Shown here piece by piece: positions 9,473-17,182 of a stretch of DNA of 64,000 bases. Position numbers and translations under genes: made by a program. Source of the stretch: Candidatus Fermentimicrarchaeum limneticum (GTDB lineage Archaea > Micrarchaeota > Micrarchaeia > Burarchaeales > Fermentimicrarchaeaceae); the NCBI GenBank assembly GCA_013426015.1, contig CP058998.1, positions 1,050,758-1,114,757 of the forward strand, in the 5' to 3' direction. Position 1 is the first letter of the stretch, and each line of letters starts with the position of its first letter. The notes beneath the pieces were generated by a model. The model saw only the letters and a list, made by a program, of their open reading frames with translations. It was not told the DNA's origin and did not search any database.

Positions 9473-11383
9473 ATGTTTTTTGACTTACTAGACGTAATCA
9501 AAAACGAATTCCCGCAGAGTACCCTCTCTATGCAGAGCCGGGATATCTTTCACATCGGAAGGATAAGAAACCTGAATGTATCCTACGCCCCTCTTTTTGG
9601 CAAAGTCTTCGTTTATGATGACGAATTCAGTAGAACCATGATGCATACCCCTGAAGATTTTGAGAGAAATGTCCTTCCCGACCTAGGTCGCTGTAATGTG
9701 CCCTCCCCCCCGGATGACAAGTTCGATACTTTCGGGATACTCCCGACTTCTGAATGCAATCTGAGATGCGTCTACTGCTATGCTAAAGGCGGTGAAACTA
9801 GAAAAAATTTGGATATTGGAACTTTAAAAAAAGCTGTGGAGTTCATGAACAATAATTCGAAAGAGCAGGTACTGGTATTCTTTCACGGTGGCGGGGAACC
9901 AACAACCAAATTCAAACTGCTAATTGAAATTAAGAGGTATGTAGACAAAAATTTGAAAGCTGAAAAGAGTTTCACACTGCAAACAAATGGTATTTTCTCG
10001 AATGAGGTGAGAAGCTGGGTATCAAAAAATATCGACCACGTCGCGCTCTCCTGCGATGGTCCTCCGCATATACAGGATTTCCAAAGACCTTTAAAAAACG
10101 GCGGGAGAAGCAGCCCTATTGTTGAGGAAAGCATCCGATATTTTGTTGAAAAATCAAAAAATATGACCATCGCAACAGTCATATCAAAATTTTCAAATGA
10201 ACGGCAAGAGGATATACTCGAATACTTGCACAAGCTCGGTGTAAAAAAAGTGAAATTCACTCCCCTTACTGAAAGAGGCAGATGTCTATGCGGTGCAACT
10301 GACTATTCCGCCAGACCCGACATGCTAAAATTTTTCACAAACAATCTTACAAGGAGCATCGAGTTGGCGGATATTTACGATATCAAGCTCCTATACCCCG
10401 GCTTAATTGATTCGTGCCGTGACGTCTCGTGCTTTGTAGCTGGGAGGTCGTTTATTTTGACACCAGACGGGTTTGTCAGCCCCTGTGTTTCCGTGCATTG
10501 CGGCGATTCAGATTTTAATGAGCTGCTCTTCGGCTATTTTGACAAGGAGAAGGGTGAAATAAAAATTGATAAGAAAAAATTGGATTTTCTGCGGAATAGA
10601 GTAGTGCAGAACATCCCAGCATGCAAGAATTGTTTTATGAAATGGAACTGCAGCGGCGGATGCGCAATCTCCGCCTGCATGATTTACGGAAAGGACATCT
10701 ACTCCCCACAAAGAGGACATTGCGACTGGATTAGAAAGCTAGGTGAAGGCGCCCTGCGCTATAAGGTCGAGAAATACCTTTTAAAGACAAAGCCTTTTCT
10801 GGAGGAAAGAAATGGCACAATAGAATACCGGGAGGTATTAGATGACTTTGAACCCAAAAAACCCCCAACCAAGAGAAAAGAAGATTTGGTACTACAGGTA
10901 GACGCAAACAAATCAAGTCTTGCTTTGACCTACGATAGAATTATAAAAACCAATCCACGGCTGAGTCTGATATCTTTCAGACTGCGTCCCAAAGATTTAA
11001 ATTTGGAAACAGGCAGAAGGATTGAAAAATTTTTGAGAACTCTGAAACTAAAACGCATCAATTTCATCGTGACAAGACCACTGCCGAGATGCCTATTCAA
11101 CCATGAGTACGCGAAGGCTGCCGAGGATTTTAGAATTCCGAAAAATTGTGAGGAATGCACCTGGCTTTTTGTGCTGAAAGACAGCAATTTCCACATCTGC
11201 AATACAGATATAAAAATACCTGAAGACAAAATAAGGAGCAGAAGGGAGGTATACGAATTTTTCAAAAAACAAAACAAGAGAATTTTTGATTCTCCATGCA
11301 GTGAATGCGTATACCGGATAAGAGGAAATTGCAATGGTTTGTGCCGAGGATACAGAAATAAAAATATTCATGCGGTGCGATAA
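9473..11383 (+). CDS. Radical SAM/SPASM protein with extra C-terminal Cys-rich domain
   Basis: CNLRCVYC, FHGGGEPT, SCDGP, SPASM CKNCFMKWNCSGGC...C, then about 200 aa ending PLPRC..CEEC..CSECVYRIRGNCNGLC. Confidence 0.85.
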   Translation: MFFDLLDVIKNEFPQSTLSMQSRDIFHIGRIRNLNVSYAPLFGKVFVYDDEFSRTMMHTPEDFERNVLPDLGRCNVPSPPDDKFDTFGILPTSECNLRCVYCYAKGGETRKNLDIGTLKKAVEFMNNNSKEQVLVFFHGGGEPTTKFKLLIEIKRYVDKNLKAEKSFTLQTNGIFSNEVRSWVSKNIDHVALSCDGPPHIQDFQRPLKNGGRSSPIVEESIRYFVEKSKNMTIATVISKFSNERQEDILEYLHKLGVKKVKFTPLTERGRCLCGATDYSARPDMLKFFTNNLTRSIELADIYDIKLLYPGLIDSCRDVSCFVAGRSFILTPDGFVSPCVSVHCGDSDFNELLFGYFDKEKGEIKIDKKKLDFLRNRVVQNIPACKNCFMKWNCSGGCAISACMIYGKDIYSPQRGHCDWIRKLGEGALRYKVEKYLLKTKPFLEERNGTIEYREVLDDFEPKKPPTKRKEDLVLQVDANKSSLALTYDRIIKTNPRLSLISFRLRPKDLNLETGRRIEKFLRTLKLKRINFIVTRPLPRCLFNHEYAKAAEDFRIPKNCEECTWLFVLKDSNFHICNTDIKIPEDKIRSRREVYEFFKKQNKRIFDSPCSECVYRIRGNCNGLCRGYRNKNIHAVR

Positions 11384-12339
11384 TGGGGAGACGACTTGAT
11401 TTGAAGGTTGGTTTTTCCTGCAACAATAACTGTAGCTTCTGCGTTCAGGGCCGTAAAAAGAATCTGGGTGACAAAACTGCAGCGCAGATCAAAAAAGATC
11501 TGAAAGACACAATCGAAGAGGGCATAGAGGAGGTTGTATTTACCGGAGGCGAGCCAACAGTACGCAAGGATATACTCGAGCTTGTCTCATACGCCACTGA
11601 CTTGGGTTATAAAATAATTCAGATTCAAAGCAACGGCAGGATGTTTTTTTATAAGAAGTTCTGCGAGGACATCATAAGGGCAGGTGCGAATGAGTTCTCG
11701 CCAGCAATCCACGGCCACATACCGCAGCTGCACGATTACCTCACCCGCTCGCCAGGCAGCTTCGAGCAGACAGTGCAGGGGATAAGGAATCTCAAGGGGA
11801 TGAACCAGCACATAATAACAAACTCGGTTGTGACAAAACCCAACTATAGGCATCTCCCGGAGTTGGCAGAACTTCTTGTCCAACTTCAGGTCGACCAGTT
11901 CCAAATGGCGTTTGTGCATGCTGACGGCAACGCCTACCTTTATTTTGACCGGATAGTTCCAAGAAAATCACTCGCAGCCCCCTATATCAAGCGGGCTCTG
12001 CAGATAGGGATTGATGCAAAAATCCGAGTTATGGCAGAAGCAATCCCGTACTGTTTCATGAAGGGATATGAGCAATACGTGTCGGAAATTTACATTCCAT
12101 CCACAAAAATAATAGATTTTGAATTTACTGATCCGAATTTTGAATACACCCGAGCTTCGCAGGGCAAGTGCAAAGCACCAAAATGCAAGAGATGTAAATA
12201 TTACCTCATCTGCGAGGGACCTTGGAAAGAATATCCAGAAAGAAGAGGATGGGAAGAATTCGTGCCGATTCCAGGCAGAAAAATGAAGAGCAGAGACCAA
12301 CTATTCAAAACCCGCAGGAGTGATACTGATGTTTCCTAA
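11383..12339 (+). CDS. HxsC-like radical SAM protein
   Basis: CNNNCSFC, FTGGEPT, SNGRMF, EAIPYC, C-terminal CxxCxxxxxCEG. Confidence 0.85.
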   Translation: MGRRLDLKVGFSCNNNCSFCVQGRKKNLGDKTAAQIKKDLKDTIEEGIEEVVFTGGEPTVRKDILELVSYATDLGYKIIQIQSNGRMFFYKKFCEDIIRAGANEFSPAIHGHIPQLHDYLTRSPGSFEQTVQGIRNLKGMNQHIITNSVVTKPNYRHLPELAELLVQLQVDQFQMAFVHADGNAYLYFDRIVPRKSLAAPYIKRALQIGIDAKIRVMAEAIPYCFMKGYEQYVSEIYIPSTKIIDFEFTDPNFEYTRASQGKCKAPKCKRCKYYLICEGPWKEYPERRGWEEFVPIPGRKMKSRDQLFKTRRSDTDVS

Positions 12340-13213
12340 CAAAGTTGATGTGCTGTGCGGTTACACCTGCAACAATAATTGCCTTTTCTGCTTCATCAAA
12401 GGTAGAAAGACCGCTGATGGGACCACTTCGCAGATAAAAAAAATCCTGAACAATCTAAGGGCAGAGGGGTTCAGCGAGGTTATTTTCAATGGAGGTGAAT
12501 CGACCATCCGGAGAGATTTCATAGAGCTAGTGGGGTACGCCAGCGAGCTCGGCTTCCCCAAAGTGAATGTAAGTTCAAATGGCAGGATGTTCTGCTACAA
12601 GGATTTCGCTAGGAAGGCTGCGGAGGCGGGTCTGACGAATGCCATAATATCAATGCACGGTTCAAATGCAAAAACCCACGATATGCTGACGAGAGTCCCC
12701 GGAAGTTTCAAACAGACAATGAAGGGAATGGATAATCTAATCGGAGTCGGGGTAAAAACAATGTCGAATACGACCATAGCAAAGCAGAACCATACTGAAC
12801 TGCCGCGGTTGGTAAAACTCTTATCAAACTTTGATTTGGTGTGGAGGGAATTTATTTTCGTGCATCCCGGAGGGGCTGCTTTGCAGAATTTTGAAAGTGT
12901 TGTGCCTACCCTAACAGAGATTGCGCCATCTCTGCGCAAAGCATTTGACCCAAAGCGAGGCTTTACGAATCTAGGCGTGGAATCTGTTCCGTACTGTTTC
13001 ATGAAGGGATGTGAAAAATTTGTCGTCACACAAAAGATGGAGGCCAGACTGGTGGGGATGGATTTCCAGATAGCCGACGTAAACAAGTCAAGGAGAGAGG
13101 AAGCAAAAATAAAATCGCCGGGGTGTTCCAGATGCAAGTACAACGACAAATGCGAAGGGGTCTGGAGAGCTTATGCAGAAAGATACGGTCTAGGAGAGCT
13201 TAGACCATGCTAA
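12329..13213 (+). CDS. HxsC-like radical SAM protein
   Basis: CNNNCLFC, FNGGEST, SNGRMF, ESVPYC, CSRCKYNDKCEG. ATG 12329 follows GGAGTGA. Confidence 0.85.
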   Translation: MFPNKVDVLCGYTCNNNCLFCFIKGRKTADGTTSQIKKILNNLRAEGFSEVIFNGGESTIRRDFIELVGYASELGFPKVNVSSNGRMFCYKDFARKAAEAGLTNAIISMHGSNAKTHDMLTRVPGSFKQTMKGMDNLIGVGVKTMSNTTIAKQNHTELPRLVKLLSNFDLVWREFIFVHPGGAALQNFESVVPTLTEIAPSLRKAFDPKRGFTNLGVESVPYCFMKGCEKFVVTQKMEARLVGMDFQIADVNKSRREEAKIKSPGCSRCKYNDKCEGVWRAYAERYGLGELRPC

Positions 13214-13235
13214 CATGGTAAGATGACGTGGGATT

Positions 13236-14210
13236 ATGCCATCGAATCTAATACGACTGGGGAACAAATGTAATCAAAATTGCATATTCTGCACGGTAGC
13301 CCTAGATAACGAGAGGGAGTTGAGCAATGAAGAGGTGAAGAAAAAAATTGAGTTTTTGTCAGAGAAGGGAGCCGATATACTGACTTTTACGGGCGGGGAG
13401 CCAACAATACGTAAGGATCTGCCGGACTTGATAAGGTTCGCGAAAGGCAAATCCTTCAGGAGAATAGAGCTGCAGACAAACGGAGTTCTAATGTCTGACA
13501 AGAAATTAGCTTGTGAGATAGCCCGCGCAGGTGTTGATGAAGTGCTTGTATCGCTGCACTCCCATAGAAAAAGGATATCGGAAAGGCTCACGAACGTACC
13601 TGGCACGTTCGACAAAACCTTAAAAGGGATAGAAAATCTCTTGGAGCTTGACAAGAGAGTCTGTATCAGCCATGTGATAAACTCGCTCAATTATTCTGAT
13701 TTAACTAATTTTGTGAAGTTTGTCAAGAACAGATTCCCCTCACTATCCTCGTTCTACTTTGGATTTGTGAGGCCAAACGGCAACGCAAATTTCAACAGAT
13801 GGATTGTGCCAAAAATTTCGGACATAGACTTCCGCATATACGGCGTTTTCAGTTACTGCAGGGAACATAAGATACCTTTCTCTGTGGAGGGTATACCGCT
13901 TTGTTACATGCAAGGATACGAGACGCATTCTTCAGAAGTTCACAGGATACTCTCCGAACCAGTTTTCTATATGGGAAGTGGTGATACCCAATACGACGTC
14001 CATAAATTCGTAATAAAGAACTTCAGAGCGAAGGGAGAGCAGTGCGAGTTCTGCTTTGTAAAGGATATCTGCCCCGGTTTATGGAAGGAATACGCGGATA
14101 TATACGGGACAGAAGAGCTGTTCCCAGTTTTCATATCGAAAGAAGGCATAACAAAAGATGTCAAAGAAAGGTGGGTTAAATGGAAAAAGAGGCAGTCACA
14201 AAAGAGTTAA
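13236..14210 (+). CDS. HxsC-like radical SAM protein
   Basis: CNQNCIFC, FTGGEPT, EGIPLC, CEFCFVKDICPG. Confidence 0.85.
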   Translation: MPSNLIRLGNKCNQNCIFCTVALDNERELSNEEVKKKIEFLSEKGADILTFTGGEPTIRKDLPDLIRFAKGKSFRRIELQTNGVLMSDKKLACEIARAGVDEVLVSLHSHRKRISERLTNVPGTFDKTLKGIENLLELDKRVCISHVINSLNYSDLTNFVKFVKNRFPSLSSFYFGFVRPNGNANFNRWIVPKISDIDFRIYGVFSYCREHKIPFSVEGIPLCYMQGYETHSSEVHRILSEPVFYMGSGDTQYDVHKFVIKNFRAKGEQCEFCFVKDICPGLWKEYADIYGTEELFPVFISKEGITKDVKERWVKWKKRQSQKS

Positions 14211-15172
14211 ACCTATTCCTAGGTTATACTTGCAATAATAATTGCTGGTTTTGTTCAGAAATGGCGAATAGGGAAAAACCGGGCAAGAGCACAGAAGACG
14301 TAAAAAGAGAGCTAGCTAACGCAAGAAAAAACAGGGTTCAGAGAATTACGTTTACGGGCGGGGAGCCAACAATACGTAAGGATATAGTTGAGATCGTTTC
14401 ATATGCGCATGAACTAGGCTTTGAGGAGATATTCATAATAACGAATGGCAGAATGCTTTTTTACAAGGAATTAGCAAGAAAACTATCAGATGCAGGCCTC
14501 ACCCACATACTTTTCTCTCTGCATGCGCCAGAAGCTAGAATACACGATTACCTCACCCGCTCGCCAGGCAGCTTCGAGCAGACAGTGCAGGGGATAAGGA
14601 ACGCCGTCGGGGTAGGGAACGCCGTCGGGGTAGGGAACATAATCGTGGAGAATAACACGGTCATAACGCGAAAGAACTACAAGTCTCTTCCGAAACTTGC
14701 AGAGCTGCTTATCAAGCTGGGCGTTGACTTCTACGAGTTTATCCTAGTGAACCCCATCACGATAAATTCCTATTTCAGAGGAAGATTTGAGGAGTTTGTC
14801 CCTAGAATCTCCGAGATTCACAAATACGTTCACAGAGCTCTCGACATAGGAAAGGAAAAGAATATCTGGTGCACAGCGGAGGGAATTCCGTTCTGTTACA
14901 TGCAAGGATATGAGAAAAACGCCACGGAATTGTATATGGCTCCTCAGAGGAGCATCCTCGGCCCTGGCGGCCGTTACGTTGCTGACGTAAACAAGTCAAG
15001 GAGAGAGTGCGGCAAGATAAAAGCAGAAACCTGCTCCCGGTGCAGATACTACCTGCTATGCGAGGGGATATGGGGGCACTACGCGGAGCATTACGGGATG
15101 GCGGAGTTCAAACCAGTTGCCGGAAGATATCTGAGAAGTTCAGATATAGCGCGAGGCGGACGGCATGCCTGA
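14180..15172 (+). CDS. HxsC-like radical SAM protein
   Basis: CNNNCWFC, FTGGEPT, TNGRML, EGIPFC, CSRCRYYLLCEG. Confidence 0.85.
   Translation: MEKEAVTKELNLFLGYTCNNNCWFCSEMANREKPGKSTEDVKRELANARKNRVQRITFTGGEPTIRKDIVEIVSYAHELGFEEIFIITNGRMLFYKELARKLSDAGLTHILFSLHAPEARIHDYLTRSPGSFEQTVQGIRNAVGVGNAVGVGNIIVENNTVITRKNYKSLPKLAELLIKLGVDFYEFILVNPITINSYFRGRFEEFVPRISEIHKYVHRALDIGKEKNIWCTAEGIPFCYMQGYEKNATELYMAPQRSILGPGGRYVADVNKSRRECGKIKAETCSRCRYYLLCEGIWGHYAEHYGMAEFKPVAGRYLRSSDIARGGRHA
14598..14638 (+). repeat. In-frame 18-bp tandem duplication (NAVGVG x2)
   Basis: ggaacgccgtcggggtag twice, then ggaac. Confidence 0.9.
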
Positions 15173-16289
15173 CGTCTCCATAGTGAAATGTCCTGATTAC
15201 TCAAAAGTGAAAGTAGCAGTAAAAAGATCATTGGACCTTTTGGGCGGAGCTAGAAAGTTTTTCAAAAAGGATGAGATGATACTGCTTAAACCCAATATAT
15301 CCGACCCTCTCCCTCCCGACAAGGCGAGCAATACCCATCCACTCCTTGTAAGGGCGGTGATTGAGGTTGCGCAGAGGGCAGGAGCCAAGGTTTGGGTAGG
15401 GGAGTGCTCTGCAGGGGGGTCCCCCGGGATAACGAAAAAATGCCTGGAGATATCGGGTATCGGAGATGTGTTGAGGGAAACAGGGGTTGAATTCAAGAAT
15501 TTCCAGGAAGAGGTCTTCGTCCCTCGCGACATACCCGGATTTAAAGTTTTGGAAAAAACGGATTTTGCCGGCTCCTTTTTCCAAGCGGACTCCATTGTGA
15601 ATTTGCCAAAGCTCAAAACGCACGGACTCACCTTCATGACTGGAGCGGTAAAAAACTGCTTCGGGTTCATAAACCCGCAGGAGAGGCAGTACCTGCACAG
15701 AAATTTCCCAGAAAGGGAGCGTTTCAGCCAAGGGCTGGTTGACGTCTACTCATTCATAAAACCAAGATTGACAATAATGGACGCCGTTGTCGGTATGGAG
15801 GGGGAGCAGGGTCCCTCGTTCGGTGACCCAAGGAGAATAGGGGCCGTCATAGCTGGCGGCGACGGAGTTGCAGTAGATGCAGTCGCAGCCGAGATAATAG
15901 GCTACAACCCGCTTGCGATACCTATGATAAGAAGCGCGGATGAACGTGGTGTTGGGAGTATCAGAGGGATACGCGTGGTTGGGAGCAGTATTGATGCGGT
16001 GAAAGTGAGAGATTTCAAAAAACACCCACTCTTCAGCAACAAATACCGGAAAATGCAGGGATTTGGAAGCTCGTTTGTCATGATGCCGGAGGTTGACACA
16101 AGCAAATGCACCAGATGCAGGACCTGTGCGGATAACTGCCCCGTAGGTGCTATATTGATGGATCCCTATCCGGTAATAAACAGAAAGAAGTGCATAATGT
16201 GTTACTGCTGTCATGAGCTATGCCCGTCCGGTGCGTGCAGGCTTGAGGTAAAATGGTTCGGAAAAAAAGATAAAAGAGGAGTGGAATGA
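15165..16289 (+). CDS. DUF362 domain protein with C-terminal 2x[4Fe-4S] ferredoxin
   Basis: LLKPN, THP, NLPKLKTH, TGAVKNCFG, DGVAVDAV. CTRCRTCADNCP and CIMCYCCHELCP. Confidence 0.9.
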   Translation: MPDVSIVKCPDYSKVKVAVKRSLDLLGGARKFFKKDEMILLKPNISDPLPPDKASNTHPLLVRAVIEVAQRAGAKVWVGECSAGGSPGITKKCLEISGIGDVLRETGVEFKNFQEEVFVPRDIPGFKVLEKTDFAGSFFQADSIVNLPKLKTHGLTFMTGAVKNCFGFINPQERQYLHRNFPERERFSQGLVDVYSFIKPRLTIMDAVVGMEGEQGPSFGDPRRIGAVIAGGDGVAVDAVAAEIIGYNPLAIPMIRSADERGVGSIRGIRVVGSSIDAVKVRDFKKHPLFSNKYRKMQGFGSSFVMMPEVDTSKCTRCRTCADNCPVGAILMDPYPVINRKKCIMCYCCHELCPSGACRLEVKWFGKKDKRGVE

Positions 16290-17182
16290 TGGTTAGCGAC
16301 ATAGCAGTCGGAGTAACATGCAATAACTGTTGCATAATGTGTACAAACATAATGCCCCCCCCAACAAGGTGGGACGCGAGCACTGAGGACATTGAAAGGA
16401 TGGTGCGCAGCTTTGATAAGAAAGAGCGCAAGATAGTGCTGACAGGCGGCGAACCCTCAATAAGAAGTGACTTCCTGCGCATACTCCGGTTCATAAAAAA
16501 GGAGAGGCCTGATTCAAGAACAATGGTTCTTACGAATGGAAGGATATTCTGTTATCCCGAATTCACCAAGAAATTCATCTCCACTGGTTGTGACTGGGTT
16601 GCAATCCCCCTGCACGCTCATAAAGCTGAGTTGCACGACATGATAACGAGGGCTCCTGGCAGCTTCGAGCAGACAGTGCAGGGGATAAGGAACCTGCTTG
16701 ATTACCAGGACGAAGTCGACCTAGACGTGAGAGTTGTAATCCACAGGTTGAACTACAAGCATTTGCCAGCCCTCGCCAAGTTCATCTCCAACGAATTCAA
16801 CGGCCTCCACCAAGTCGTGCTGTTCCCCATAGACATAATTGGGAATGCGAATATAAACAGGAAAGAGCTCCTGGTAAAAATAACTGAAGTCAAACCTTAT
16901 CTTGAAAGAGCACTCAACACGCTAGAAAAAAATGATTTTGATATCAGCCTATTCCACATCCCGTTCTGTGTTTTAGACAGAAAATACTGGAAGAATGTAG
17001 CCGGCAGGACGGTTGAGGATAGGAGGATAACCTTCGAACCATGCGGCGAGTGCATCATGCGGGAAAAATGCCCGGGAATCTGGAGGACGTATGCATTCAG
17101 AGTCGGCACTGCCGAGTTCAAACCCATCCGCCCAGCACCAAAAACAATATATACGAAGTCACCAAATCTAAATGTTAGATGA
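16286..17182 (+). CDS. hxsC: His-Xaa-Ser system radical SAM maturase HxsC-like
   Basis: CNNCCIMC...PPP, LTGGEP, LTNGR, AIPLH, DVRVVIHRLNY, HIPFCVL, CGECIMREKCPG. Closest of the five to canonical HxsC. Confidence 0.75.
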   Translation: MMVSDIAVGVTCNNCCIMCTNIMPPPTRWDASTEDIERMVRSFDKKERKIVLTGGEPSIRSDFLRILRFIKKERPDSRTMVLTNGRIFCYPEFTKKFISTGCDWVAIPLHAHKAELHDMITRAPGSFEQTVQGIRNLLDYQDEVDLDVRVVIHRLNYKHLPALAKFISNEFNGLHQVVLFPIDIIGNANINRKELLVKITEVKPYLERALNTLEKNDFDISLFHIPFCVLDRKYWKNVAGRTVEDRRITFEPCGECIMREKCPGIWRTYAFRVGTAEFKPIRPAPKTIYTKSPNLNVR

